A model generated the notes under the pieces. The model had not been told where the DNA came from. It saw only the letters and a program-made list of their open reading frames with translations, and did no database searches. DNA of 64,000 nt from assembly GCA_949285325.1 (NCBI GenBank), contig CASDYZ010000007.1, forward strand, positions 82,657 to 146,656, written 5' to 3'. This document shows positions 31,803-42,242 of this stretch, in pieces. Each line of letters begins with the position of its first letter. Within the stretch, counting starts at the first letter, position 1. The stretch is from an uncultured bacterium. Lineage in GTDB: Bacteria > Bacillota_I > Bacilli_A > RFN20 > CAG-826. Both the position numbers and the translations under genes were made by a program.

Positions 31803-33122
31803 TTATTGTCCGGCGACTTTAATCTTTTTAATCAATACACTTGGGCACATACTTGATGAGGCAAATAGTCTCGCATCACTTCCAACCGTGACCACATCTT
31901 TAAATATATCCATTAAATTACCTGATATAGTAATCATATCTAATGGATGACTAATTTTACCATCTTCGATTAAAAAACCACTTGATTGTAATGAGAAATC
32001 TCCACTTTGTGGATTTAATCCAGCGTGAAGTCCTTGAACTTCTGTAATATATACCCCATCTCTCATCTCTTTAAATAGTTCTTCTAATGATTTTTTACCT
32101 ATTTTAAGAGTGATAAACGTTGGGGCAACACCCATCTTACCACCCATCTTAAAACCATTACCGGTAGAGTTAACCCCATCTTTTGCCGCGGTGGTTAAAT
32201 TATATAGATAAGTTTGAAGAACACCATTTTTTATAATCGCGCGATTTGAAGTTGCTACCCCTTCATCATCAAAATATTTAGCAAATATTGTTTTTGATAG
32301 TGGTCTATCCTCAATAGTGACTTTGCTAGAGGCAATTTTTTCACCTAATTTATTTATAAATAGGGAAGAATGTTTTTGTACATCCTCGCTAGATGCATTG
32401 CTAATGTATGCGTTCATAAAAGATGAAACAACTGAATTAGATAAGACAGCTTTATATGTTTTTGATAAAGCGGTGACACCACCTAGTTTACTAGTCGCGT
32501 CTTTAACTGCTTCTTTAACTAAATTATCGACATCAATCTTATTAAAATCATTGGAAATAAAATATTCTCCACCTGATTTAGTCTGTTCGTTTTCTTTTAC
32601 TACTACTGAGCAATAAATCAAAAAATAATTGCCTTTCTGCGTCAAATTTAATCCTTTTGTATTGATTATTGAATTAGAAAAAGATGTTTCAGAATAAGCG
32701 ACGTCAGTCTCTACTATCCTCTTATCCATTTCTTTTAATTTATTTTCAATTTCATATAGTTTATTTATTTTGTTAGAAAGAGGGATGTTATTTAATTCTT
32801 TAATATAAACATTGGTTTTGTGATATTTTTCACTTCCCCCATATATAAAGATTGGATCAGTTTGTTCAATCGTTTTCGCATTCTCTTTTATATCTTCAAC
32901 TAATTTTTTTGCTATATCTTTACTATATGAATTTGCACTTGCAGTGCCTAATTTATTGTTATAAATACCTCTACCGCCAACAGATGTAGAAGAAGATATT
33001 TCATACTGTTCAATTTGTCCTCTAAATAGTTCAATTTCTGTCGATGAGGAATTAGACACCAATAATTCTGCTTCATCTAATCCTTCTTGCTTAGCAAGAT
33101 TTAAAAAATAATCGTATTTCAT
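31803..33122 (-). CDS. pmbA: TldD/PmbA family metalloprotease, PmbA (TldE) paralog
   Basis: 439 aa of the TldD/PmbA fold lacking the HExxxH of TldD, adjacent to tldD as the usual pair. Confidence 0.75.
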   Translation of the reverse strand: MKYDYFLNLAKQEGLDEAELLVSNSSSTEIELFRGQIEQYEISSSTSVGGRGIYNNKLGTASANSYSKDIAKKLVEDIKENAKTIEQTDPIFIYGGSEKYHKTNVYIKELNNIPLSNKINKLYEIENKLKEMDKRIVETDVAYSETSFSNSIINTKGLNLTQKGNYFLIYCSVVVKENEQTKSGGEYFISNDFNKIDVDNLVKEAVKDATSKLGGVTALSKTYKAVLSNSVVSSFMNAYISNASSEDVQKHSSLFINKLGEKIASSKVTIEDRPLSKTIFAKYFDDEGVATSNRAIIKNGVLQTYLYNLTTAAKDGVNSTGNGFKMGGKMGVAPTFITLKIGKKSLEELFKEMRDGVYITEVQGLHAGLNPQSGDFSLQSSGFLIEDGKISHPLDMITISGNLMDIFKDVVTVGSDARLFASSSMCPSVLIKKIKVAGQ

Positions 33123-33126
33123 AAAT

Positions 33127-34527
33127 TTATTTCAGTTGACCTCCTCTACCTCCAACTAATATTTCTTTGATGCGGATAGTTGGTTGACCGACATTGACTC
33201 TAATTGAACCACTTGCCGCCCCACACATACCTTGCCCTAAGGCTAAATCATTACCAACCATATCGATTTGTTTTAATATTTCGTTTCCTTTACCAATGAG
33301 AGTCGCCCCTTTAACAGGTTCACAAATCTTACCGTCCCTAACGATGTAAGCTTCAGAACAACCAAAATTAAATTCACCAGTAATTGGGTTGACTGAACCA
33401 CCATTAAAACTAACCGCGTATAAACCGAGTTTTGTCGCTTTTATTATTTCTTCTTTAGTCGATTTACCATTGTCGATATAAGTGTTAGACATTCTAGAAG
33501 TTGGACAGTATCGATAATTTTGTCTTCTGGTGGCCCCATTACCTACTCTATCCATTCTCCTACCATTAAAATCATCGATCATAAAATCAGTTAAAACACC
33601 ATTTTTAATCAATGTTCTTTTCTCACCTAAATTACCATCGTCATCGATATCGATTGAACCCCATGCGTGAGGAATAGTGGAGTCATCAACCGCGCTGACG
33701 ATATCGGAGGCGATTTTTTCTCCTACCATATCTTTACTAAAGCAAGATAAACCTTTCGCCACCGCCGAGGCTTCTAATGGGTGCCCACACGCTTCGTGGA
33801 AAAGCACTCCTCCCCAACCATTACCGATGATGACACTCATCTTGCCAGAAGGACATTCATCCGCGTCTAACATGAGAAGCGCGGTGTTAAGTGCTTTATT
33901 CGCACTTTTTTTGATTAACTCTTCACTAAAGAAACTAATATCATCTTGACAACCTGGACCATCAAATCCAGTTTCAAATCCCCCTTCTTTCATCGCGATG
34001 ACAGAAAACATCATCCTCGCGTGTTCTTGAGTTCTATTAAAATATTTGCCTTTAGAATTAAATACATATACCTCAGTGTGGTTATTTGAAAATGAACCGA
34101 CATATCTAACAATTCTCGCATCTTGTCTATTTTTAATTTCATCCGTCCCTATTTTAACTAATCTAACTTTCTCTTCTCTTGGAATATCGTTATAAGATTT
34201 AGTTATTTTGTTTCTATTTTTATAATTTATTTTTGTTAAATCTTTTACTTCAACAATTCTTTCTCCATCAAAAGATTGACTCAAATCTAACGCAAGTTTT
34301 AATAATCCCTTTTTAGATAAATCTGATGTATGTCCATATATGCATCTATTACCTTTTAATATACGTAAACCTGCCCCTTCAATATAAGAAGAATTAGAAT
34401 TATCTACTTTAGAATTTTCAATCGATACTGAATAAGAATTAGTGTGTTCTTCATATATTTCTGCAAAGTCCGCGCCAGTACTTAATAATGTATTTAATAC
34501 TTGTATTGCTAATTTTTTTGAAATCAT
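33127..34527 (-). CDS. tldD: Metalloprotease TldD
   Basis: HEACGHPLE zinc-binding motif and a Gly-rich C-terminus. Confidence 0.85.
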   Translation of the reverse strand: MISKKLAIQVLNTLLSTGADFAEIYEEHTNSYSVSIENSKVDNSNSSYIEGAGLRILKGNRCIYGHTSDLSKKGLLKLALDLSQSFDGERIVEVKDLTKINYKNRNKITKSYNDIPREEKVRLVKIGTDEIKNRQDARIVRYVGSFSNNHTEVYVFNSKGKYFNRTQEHARMMFSVIAMKEGGFETGFDGPGCQDDISFFSEELIKKSANKALNTALLMLDADECPSGKMSVIIGNGWGGVLFHEACGHPLEASAVAKGLSCFSKDMVGEKIASDIVSAVDDSTIPHAWGSIDIDDDGNLGEKRTLIKNGVLTDFMIDDFNGRRMDRVGNGATRRQNYRYCPTSRMSNTYIDNGKSTKEEIIKATKLGLYAVSFNGGSVNPITGEFNFGCSEAYIVRDGKICEPVKGATLIGKGNEILKQIDMVGNDLALGQGMCGAASGSIRVNVGQPTIRIKEILVGGRGGQLK

Positions 34528-34622
34528 TTTATCAACTCCTTTTGCAACTTTTTATTATACCATAAATTTAATTTAATAATCTAAATTAAATAAGTACGTT
34601 TCTTAAATAAAAAAAGTAAATC

Positions 34623-35060
34623 CTAATCAATAAATTTAAATTCGTATTCTAATTTATTTTCATCAATATTAAGCACTAGATATGAACCTTTATCACTGTC
34701 TCTTGGAAGAAAAAGAGAACCAGGGTTAAATAAATAATATTGCCCTATTTGTTCTCCTAGTTTTTTATGCGTATGCCCAAAGACAAATATTTTATAACCT
34801 TGTTTGATAAAACCATCGATTTCACTGAGTGAAAATGGATGGTGTTTAACTACAATTTTACCAATAGGTGTGTACTCACTTACATAGGTGTTAAAAGGAT
34901 AATAATCGCAGTTGCCTTTCGCACTTATAAATGGATATATCTCAGTTTGGGAGACACCACTGTCGCCAGCGTGTAGATATAAATCTGCCTTTTCTATCAA
35001 CAATACTTTTTCAATAAGCGATGTGTTTTGATGCGTATCAGATACAATAACTATTTTCAT
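34623..35060 (-). CDS. Metallophosphoesterase, YfcE-like family
   Basis: Calcineurin-like MPP motifs DTHQ, AGD, GNCD and FGHTHK. Confidence 0.75.
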   Translation of the reverse strand: MKIVIVSDTHQNTSLIEKVLLIEKADLYLHAGDSGVSQTEIYPFISAKGNCDYYPFNTYVSEYTPIGKIVVKHHPFSLSEIDGFIKQGYKIFVFGHTHKKLGEQIGQYYLFNPGSLFLPRDSDKGSYLVLNIDENKLEYEFKFID

Positions 35061-35208
35061 AACAAAATAAGTATAACAACTAGTGGATAAATTATTAAAT
35101 CAAAGTTCTTTTTAAAATATTAATTGTTTTAAACAATATCGTTGTGATATTATTAACCCGCAACTTACTTTGGACTAACATAGTTCAAGGCGGAAGGAGA
35201 AGAAAAAT

Positions 35209-35424
35209 ATGAAAAAGGACATTCACCCAAAATACCACAAATGTAAAGTGACTTGTGTCTCTTGTGGGGCGACATTCGAAACTGGCTCAACACTCAGTGA
35301 AATCCGTGTTGATACTTGTTCAAATTGTCATCCATTTTACACTGGTAAACAAAGATATGTTCAAGCCGATGGTAGAATTGATAGATTCAATAAAAAATAC
35401 GGCTTAAATAATGACAAAAAATAA
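35209..35424 (+). CDS. rpmE: 50S ribosomal protein L31 (Zn-ribbon type)
   Basis: [10 protein letters not shown]... with the CxxC...[13 protein letters not shown] pattern. Confidence 0.92.
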   Translation: MKKDIHPKYHKCKVTCVSCGATFETGSTLSEIRVDTCSNCHPFYTGKQRYVQADGRIDRFNKKYGLNNDKK

Positions 35425-35426
35425 TG

Positions 35427-35453
35427 AACTAGCGAATCGCTAGTTTCTTTTTT
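35427..35453 (+). terminator. Rho-independent terminator of rpmE
   Basis: AACTAGCG-AAT-CGCTAGTT hairpin followed by TCTTTTTT. Confidence 0.7.
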
Positions 35454-35496
35454 ATATTCAATATTGATACAATATTTTTCTAAGGAGATTATATTT

Positions 35497-37089
35497 ATGA
35501 AGAAACGTTTTTATATTACCACACCAATATATTATCCAAGTGCTAAACCGCATTTAGGTAATGCTTACTGTACAGTTTTATGTGATGTATTTGCTAGATA
35601 TAAGAGGATGAGAGGATTTGAAACCTATTTTCTTACTGGTACAGATGAACATGGGATGAAGATTGAAAAGAACGCGAAGGCTGTAAATAAATTGCCTCAA
35701 GAATTTGTCGATGAGATGGTGGAGCAATTTAAAAAATTATGGACATTATTAGATATTAGTAATGACGACTACATCCGTACGACAGAAGAAAGACACACTA
35801 AAGTTGTCCAACAAATATTTTCTAAATTATTAGAAAAAGGTGACATTTATTTAGGTGAATATGAAGGATGGTACTGTAAGGAGTGTGAAGCGTTTTGGAC
35901 TGAGACACAAGTAGGGAAAGAACATCTTTGTCCTGACTGCCATAGAAGTGTAGAAAAAGCTAAAGAAGAAGCATATTTTTATAAGGCATCTAAATATGTT
36001 GATTTCATTTTAGATTTATATAAAAACAATCCTAAATTCTTAACTCCTGAATCAAGAAAAAATGAAATGATAAATACTTTTATTAAACCAGGACTAGGTG
36101 ATTTATGTGTCTCTAGAACTTCTTTTACTTGGGGGGTACCAGTCAAAGAGAGAGATAAACACGTCGTATATGTTTGGTTAGATGCTTTAACTAACTACAT
36201 CTCAGCGTTAGGCTATCTAAGTGATGACGATTCTTTATTTAAAAAATATTGGTTAGATGAAGAAAGTGAAATTATCCACTGTCTAGGGGCAGATATAACT
36301 AGATTCCATGCGATTTATTGGCCGATGTTTTTAAATTCTCTTAATATAAGGATGCCAGATAGAGAATTTGTCCACGGACTATTGTTGATGAAAGATGAAA
36401 AGATGTCTAAATCAAAAGGCAATGTTGTCGATCCATTCCCACTAGTAGAAAAATATGGAGTGGATACGGTTAGATATTATCTAGTGAGAGAAATAAATTT
36501 TGGTAGTGATGGTAGTTTTACTCCCCAACAATTTGTTGAAAGAGTCAACGCTGATTTAGTCAATAGTTTTGGTAATTTATTAAATAGAACACTAGGGATG
36601 ATAAATAAATATTTTGATGGTGTCGTACCTATTTTTAAAAGCGGTGTTACTGAATTTGATAAACCACTTGAAGAATTTGTCACTCATACGATTAAATCTT
36701 ATGAAACATTATTTGATGATTTAAAGATTACAGACGCTTTCGCGTGCGTCAATGAACTAGTTAATAAAGGCAATAAATATATCGATGACACTGCACCATG
36801 GGCACTTGCTAAAGATGAAAATAAAAAAGAACAACTCGCCTCGGTTATGAGTCATTTAGTTAATGTCATATATGTCAGTGCGATTCTTTATCAACCTGTT
36901 TTAGTCCAAGCGTCTAAACTTGCGTTAGATCAATTAAATGTCCCGTTCGATTTAAGAGATTATAACAACATCTATAACTTTGGATGTGTCGGTGGCGGAA
37001 AAATAGAAAAAGGTCAACCATTATTCCCTCGCCTTGATGTCGATTTAGAAGTAAGTTACATACAAGATTTAATGAATAAAAATAATTAA
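35497..37089 (+). CDS. metG: Methionyl-tRNA synthetase (short form without C-terminal EMAP domain)
   Basis: Class I HIGH motif (PHLGNAY), KMSKS and Zn-knuckle cysteines. Start set at the ATG preceded by AAGGAGAT; the track ORF starts 33 nt upstream. Confidence 0.93.
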   Translation: MKKRFYITTPIYYPSAKPHLGNAYCTVLCDVFARYKRMRGFETYFLTGTDEHGMKIEKNAKAVNKLPQEFVDEMVEQFKKLWTLLDISNDDYIRTTEERHTKVVQQIFSKLLEKGDIYLGEYEGWYCKECEAFWTETQVGKEHLCPDCHRSVEKAKEEAYFYKASKYVDFILDLYKNNPKFLTPESRKNEMINTFIKPGLGDLCVSRTSFTWGVPVKERDKHVVYVWLDALTNYISALGYLSDDDSLFKKYWLDEESEIIHCLGADITRFHAIYWPMFLNSLNIRMPDREFVHGLLLMKDEKMSKSKGNVVDPFPLVEKYGVDTVRYYLVREINFGSDGSFTPQQFVERVNADLVNSFGNLLNRTLGMINKYFDGVVPIFKSGVTEFDKPLEEFVTHTIKSYETLFDDLKITDAFACVNELVNKGNKYIDDTAPWALAKDENKKEQLASVMSHLVNVIYVSAILYQPVLVQASKLALDQLNVPFDLRDYNNIYNFGCVGGGKIEKGQPLFPRLDVDLEVSYIQDLMNKNN

Positions 37090-37101
37090 ATTACATCAAA
37101 A

Positions 37102-37126
37102 AGGCCGTATAATCGGCCTATTTTAA
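37102..37126 (+). terminator. Putative terminator after metG
   Basis: AGGCCG-TATAAT-CGGCCT hairpin followed by ATTTTAAA; the T tract is weak. Confidence 0.45.
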
Positions 37127-37133
37127 ATAAATT

Positions 37134-38480
37134 ATGAAAAAAAATAATATTATTGGTACATGTGTAGACTTGACTAGTGAAGGTCTAGGAGTAATTAAAT
37201 TATATAATCAAACTATTTTTGTTAACGCCCTTCTTATCGGTGAAAGCGCGGAGATAGAGATACTATATCGTAATAAAGGTGTTGCATACGGTAAGATTGT
37301 TAAACTTATAAATAAATCTAGTGATAGAGTCAATCCATCTTGCCAAATATCATCTAGCTGTGGGGGATGTACTTTTCAAAACGCGACCTACGATTATGAA
37401 CTTAGATTTAAAACTAATAAAGTCAAAGATGCTTTAAATAGGATTGGGCATATTGATGTAAAGGTTAATGACTGCTTAAAAGCGGATAAGATAACTTATT
37501 ATCGAAACAAGATACAAGTGCCTTTTGCTAGAGATGGTAAAAAGATAATATATGGCTTTTATAAATCTAATACTCACCGCATCATCCCTTTTAATGACTG
37601 TAATATCCAAGATCAACGTGCATCTAAGATATTAAGCACTATTAAGGATTTGATGGAGAGTATGCATATCGAGCCATATAACGAGGATAATAGAAGTGGT
37701 GTTATCCGTCATATATTGATTAGAACATCGTATCATTATGATGAAGTTATGGTGGTCATTATATCTAATCAAGATACTTTTCCATCGAGAAATAATTTTG
37801 TTACGCAACTGGTTAAGATGCATCCTAATATTAAAACAGTGATACAAAACACTAATCCGAGGGACACCAATGTCATACTAGGGGAAAAAGAAAAGATATT
37901 ATATGGTAGAGGATATATCAAAGATAAAATATTAGATTTAGATTTTTATATATCATCTAAATCCTTCTTCCAAGTGCATCCTTTACAAGTTGAACTATTA
38001 TATTCAAAAGCGTTTGAATTAGCAAAATTAAATAAGGATGATGTTTTATTAGATGCCTACGCAGGCGTGGGCACCATCGGTGCGATCGCATCTAAATATG
38101 TTAAACATGTCGTATCTGTTGAAGTAGTAAAAGAAGCAGTGGACGACATGAAGGAGAATATTAAATTAAATAATATAACTAACATGACACCGATATGTGA
38201 AGATTGTACAAAATATTTATTTGAGACAAACAATAAATTTGATGTTGTCATATTAGATCCACCTAGAAAAGGTTCGACTGAAACATTCTTAAAATCATTA
38301 TTAAAAAATAGACCTAATAAAATTATATATATATCATGTGATCCAGCGACCCTTGCTAGAGATTTAACATATTTAATTAATGATTATAATATTGATGTTA
38401 TTCAACCTCTCGATATGTTTCCTCGTTCGTTTCATGTTGAGACAATTGTATTGTTATCTCTTAAACAACCAAAAAAGTAG
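37134..38480 (+). CDS. rlmD: 23S rRNA (uracil-C5)-methyltransferase RlmD/RumA family
   Basis: N-terminal TRAM domain, the Fe-S cysteine cluster SSCGGCTFQ and a C-terminal SAM MTase with DPPRKG. Confidence 0.85.
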   Translation: MKKNNIIGTCVDLTSEGLGVIKLYNQTIFVNALLIGESAEIEILYRNKGVAYGKIVKLINKSSDRVNPSCQISSSCGGCTFQNATYDYELRFKTNKVKDALNRIGHIDVKVNDCLKADKITYYRNKIQVPFARDGKKIIYGFYKSNTHRIIPFNDCNIQDQRASKILSTIKDLMESMHIEPYNEDNRSGVIRHILIRTSYHYDEVMVVIISNQDTFPSRNNFVTQLVKMHPNIKTVIQNTNPRDTNVILGEKEKILYGRGYIKDKILDLDFYISSKSFFQVHPLQVELLYSKAFELAKLNKDDVLLDAYAGVGTIGAIASKYVKHVVSVEVVKEAVDDMKENIKLNNITNMTPICEDCTKYLFETNNKFDVVILDPPRKGSTETFLKSLLKNRPNKIIYISCDPATLARDLTYLINDYNIDVIQPLDMFPRSFHVETIVLLSLKQPKK

Positions 38481-38839
38481 AAGTACACATAAATAATGAA
38501 TTTGACTTATTTTATAAGTGCTTTGTCTTTAGTTCTCCAACATCAAAAGAGAAATCTAAATTAATATCAACGCCGAACACAGGTAGATTAAAAATAGTAA
38601 AATTAATGGATGTACAGCCTTTAAGAACAAATTAAAGAATTTTATTAATAAAGTTTTAAAAAACAATTAAAAAGGTTAAAAAAATTCTCTGTATTGCAAT
38701 TATTATTGTAACCAAGAGAAAAAATTTAACCATAAATTAAAAAACAAAAAAACAAATTTATTAAAAAATATAGTGTTAAATCCCAAAGATGGAACTATTG
38801 TCAAAATTATATTTTTCTATAAACTTCAAATTTAATATT

Positions 38840-39244
38840 TTACTTAGATTCTTTATTATCAACACTAATTAAAAATATTTTTTTATCAAACGCACCTCGT
38901 TGATAAGCTTTTTCTTTTCTCATTTTTTCAAATTCATCATAAGTTAATCCTTTGGCGTTTATAATAGCAAGTATTATTTCTTCAATATCACATAGTTCCA
39001 TAATTGATTCGTCGCTTAAATATTCATCTAATTCTTCTTTTAATTTTGTATTAAGCGATTCTAAATATTCTTTATCATCAAGAATCCTACATTTGCATGT
39101 TTTATTATCTTTTTCAATGATTGAAGGAATTTTATCTCTGACTAACTTATTATAAATTTTTACAAACGGCTTGCCTCCTAAACTAAAATTTATTATAACA
39201 TTATAAAAGATAAAAAGATTATAAGAATGTATGGTGGACATCAA
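38840..39244 (-). CDS. MazG-like / HisE-like nucleoside triphosphate pyrophosphohydrolase
   Basis: KLVRDKIPSII motif plus acidic helical EE..E...EL.D.EE. This is characteristic of the all-alpha NTP-PPase (PRA-PH/MazG) superfamily. Confidence 0.55.
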   Translation of the reverse strand: MMSTIHSYNLFIFYNVIINFSLGGKPFVKIYNKLVRDKIPSIIEKDNKTCKCRILDDKEYLESLNTKLKEELDEYLSDESIMELCDIEEIILAIINAKGLTYDEFEKMRKEKAYQRGAFDKKIFLISVDNKESK

Positions 39245-39311
39245 CCATTAATTAATTTAGTAGATAAATCTAATAAAAATAATAGAGTTTTACAAGAAAA
39301 GAGAAATTAAA

Positions 39312-40025
39312 ATGGGTTTATTAAGTAAAATAATTAGTTTATTTAAAAGAAATAAGAATCCAACAATTAATGGCAAAGTTGGAGAAGATTTAACTAATTT
39401 TCATTTAAATAATTGCAGTAGTGATTGTCCTATTCGCAAGGGAATAAATGATTTAATTCTTTTAGATGAGAACGGCATGAGTCATCAAATCGATCATGTT
39501 GAAATAAGAGAAAATGGTATATTTTGTATCGAGACAAAAAATTATGCTGGATGGATTTTTGGAAATGAAGAGTGCGAGTACTGGATTCAAAACTTTTACA
39601 ATAAAAATAAACGCAGATTATATAATCCTATAAAACAAAATAAAACACACTGCGACGTCATTAATAAAGTCATAGGGGATAAATATAAAATTAATTCACT
39701 CATAGTGATGACTAAAAACAACGCTGATAAGATTAAAAGCGAAAAAGTTATTAATTTAAATGAGCTAGTGATGCATTTAGAAATTTTTGATAACGGTGTT
39801 CATTTATCTAATGAAGAAATAATTGATATTTATAATAAGTTAGAGTCAGCAAGAAGTACGATAAACAAAAAGCAACACATAGATAATGTCAAAAAAGTTA
39901 AAAAAGCGTTGAATAAAAATATTTGTCCTATGTGTGGTGCCCAATTGATATTGAAAAAAGGAAAATTTGGTGAATTTTACAGTTGCGCTAATTTTCCTAA
40001 ATGTAGTTTTACTAAAGAAGCATGA
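39312..40025 (+). CDS. NERD (nuclease-related domain) protein with C-terminal topoisomerase-type zinc ribbon
   Basis: N-terminal NERD-like region (GEDLT..HL....DCPIRKGINDLILLDENGMSHQIDHVEI.E.GIFCIETKN). C-terminal CPMCGAQLILKKGKFGEFYSCANFPKCSFT zinc ribbon. Confidence 0.7.
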   Translation: MGLLSKIISLFKRNKNPTINGKVGEDLTNFHLNNCSSDCPIRKGINDLILLDENGMSHQIDHVEIRENGIFCIETKNYAGWIFGNEECEYWIQNFYNKNKRRLYNPIKQNKTHCDVINKVIGDKYKINSLIVMTKNNADKIKSEKVINLNELVMHLEIFDNGVHLSNEEIIDIYNKLESARSTINKKQHIDNVKKVKKALNKNICPMCGAQLILKKGKFGEFYSCANFPKCSFTKEA

Positions 40026-40070
40026 TGTGGCCCGTGCTATAATACAGTTCAGTTAAGGATAAAAGTATAT

Positions 40071-42146
40071 ATGGAACATAGTCTAAAAAGAACGCCCGGT
40101 AGAACATATTATGAATCTACAATAGAAGAATTTGTGTTAAATAAAAAACCTAGAGAAATAGTGGATTATTTAACAGAAAGTGATGAAGAGATGGATTTAA
40201 ATATTTTAAAATCTCAAAAGCACGCTTGGACTAATCAGATATCAATATTGCAAAAATATTTAAAAGATAAATCCGGTTATATTATTTTTGAATATGTTTT
40301 ATCCAGATTAAATATGAGGATAGATGTTGTACTTTTAATGGGTGATGTTGTCTATTCTTTAGAATTTAAAAATTTTGAAACAACATTTAAACCTGATGCG
40401 ATAGACCAAGCAGAAGGTTATGGATACGCACTTAAAAACTTTTATGAAGTGAATAGAGATAAATATGTCGTACCTATATTAATCGCGACAAAAGCGCCAG
40501 ACAGTATATGTTCTAATAAATCTGATTTAGGGATAGATAAACTGTTTACTCTTTTTAAAGCTAATATACATAAGATGGAGCAATACATTGAATTAATTAG
40601 ATCAAAATATGGTTCTACTACGATATATACTGAAGAGGATTTTAATAACTGGGTTAACTCACCTTTTAAACCTAATCCTTCAATCATACAAAGCGCTAGA
40701 TCAATATATATGAACAATCAAGTTGATGAGTTTTTTAAATTTGACGCTGGTGAAGAGAATTTAAAAGTAACTGAATCGACAGTGGAAGCTATTGTTAAAG
40801 ATGCGAGAGAAAACAAAAAGAAAATTATTTGTTTTGTTTCAGGTGTGCCAGGTGCAGGTAAAACATTAGTTGGTCTCGATTTAGCGGGTAAAACTAGAGA
40901 TGGTGTCAATGAAAAAACAATATTTTTCAGCGGTAATGGACCTCTTATTAACGTACTTACAGAAGCGCTTGGAAGAGATGCTTTTAAAAATAATCCCTTA
41001 AAATATCCTAATAAAAATCGTGCAGTTACTGATGTTAAAGCGTTTATACAAGACCTGCATGCTTTTAAACAAGATATCATCTCATCAAAAAATAAAACGA
41101 TAGAAGAAAATGTATTGATATTTGATGAAGCACAACGAGTTTGGGATGAAACTCAACTTGAGCAGTGGCTTAAAAAGAAAGGCGCAGATCCTAAATTTTA
41201 TGGTTTGTCAGAAGCCGATTTATTATTAAACACTTTCAACAACCGTTCATGGGGCGTCATCGTCGCCTTAGTAGGGTTAGGTCAAGACATACACAGAGGC
41301 GAAAATGGTTTAGGCGTATGGTTTAATTCACTTTTAAACAAACACAAAGAGTGGGAGATTAGATTGTCTGATGGTATATTTAGCCAAAACGCTGATGATT
41401 TAAGAGATTACATGGATGAATTAAAAAATAATAAAAGAGTAAAAGAGTGCCCAGGCTTATTTTTAAAAACATCGATAAGAACTCCCAGGGCTAAAAATTT
41501 ATCTGAATTTACTGAAGCATTATTGTTTAATAATCCCTCTAAAGCAAGACACGCTCTATCTAAATTTAACGATTATCCTATATGTATAACTAGGAATCTC
41601 GAGTTAGCTTTAAATTTTGTACAGTCTAATTCAGCTAGAAAAGAGAGAATAGGTAAACTCTGTAGCAGTAATAGCAAGATATTAGGTAAAAGAAGTCGTC
41701 AATTTGATAATATTGTCAATTTTAAATTTTCTAACTGGATGCTCGACGAAAATGGAGCGGATTGTTCAAATACACTAATATATGCGGCTACAGAATTTAA
41801 TATCCAAGGACTAGAGATAGATTGGTCACTTTTAGGTTGGGACATGGATATGTATTATTCTAATGGTGAGTGGTGTCAGCAGAAAATGTTGACCGCTAAA
41901 CGATTTAAAGAAAGTTCAGATATTGAGAAAAAACATATTTTAAATTCTTACCGTGTCCTACTTACAAGAGCGAGAAAAGGTATGGTTATATATATACCAA
42001 AAACAGACGAATATGAAGATGTCTATGGCACAAATAAATATTTAGATTCAACATATGATTATTTAAAGTCATGTGGTATTAAAGACATAGAAGAAGAAGC
42101 AACCATGTTTAATAAACAAATAGACGCTGTTAAGTTGCCTTTTTAG
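40071..42146 (+). CDS. DUF2075-family (Schlafen-like) P-loop ATPase/helicase with N-terminal restriction-endonuclease-like region
   Basis: Walker A FVSGVPGAGKTLVGLDL, Walker B LIFDEAQRVWDE and a C-terminal LLTRARKGMVIYIP SF1-like motif. The N-terminal ...IFEYVLSRLNMRIDVVLLMGDVVYSLEFKNFE resembles a PD-(D/E)xK module. Confidence 0.65.
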   Translation: MEHSLKRTPGRTYYESTIEEFVLNKKPREIVDYLTESDEEMDLNILKSQKHAWTNQISILQKYLKDKSGYIIFEYVLSRLNMRIDVVLLMGDVVYSLEFKNFETTFKPDAIDQAEGYGYALKNFYEVNRDKYVVPILIATKAPDSICSNKSDLGIDKLFTLFKANIHKMEQYIELIRSKYGSTTIYTEEDFNNWVNSPFKPNPSIIQSARSIYMNNQVDEFFKFDAGEENLKVTESTVEAIVKDARENKKKIICFVSGVPGAGKTLVGLDLAGKTRDGVNEKTIFFSGNGPLINVLTEALGRDAFKNNPLKYPNKNRAVTDVKAFIQDLHAFKQDIISSKNKTIEENVLIFDEAQRVWDETQLEQWLKKKGADPKFYGLSEADLLLNTFNNRSWGVIVALVGLGQDIHRGENGLGVWFNSLLNKHKEWEIRLSDGIFSQNADDLRDYMDELKNNKRVKECPGLFLKTSIRTPRAKNLSEFTEALLFNNPSKARHALSKFNDYPICITRNLELALNFVQSNSARKERIGKLCSSNSKILGKRSRQFDNIVNFKFSNWMLDENGADCSNTLIYAATEFNIQGLEIDWSLLGWDMDMYYSNGEWCQQKMLTAKRFKESSDIEKKHILNSYRVLLTRARKGMVIYIPKTDEYEDVYGTNKYLDSTYDYLKSCGIKDIEEEATMFNKQIDAVKLPF

Positions 42147-42242
42147 AGCATACGTATATTAATCAAACAATCTTTAAATCTTTTAAATAATAACTTTTTT
42201 CATTTACAATAATTAATAACGAAGAAAGAATAGTTAAATTAG

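Noticed and set aside
35464-35496. Upstream start of the metG ORF (MIQYFSKEIIF)
   Set aside because: It overlaps the AAGGAG ribosome-binding site that is correctly spaced before the internal ATG at 35497. MetRS homologs begin near MKKRFYITTPIYY.
35425-35500. T-box leader upstream of metG, and likewise upstream of serS
   Set aside because: The leader is only about 70 nt and is occupied by the rpmE terminator. serS overlaps the upstream gene. There is no room for a specifier-loop/antiterminator structure.
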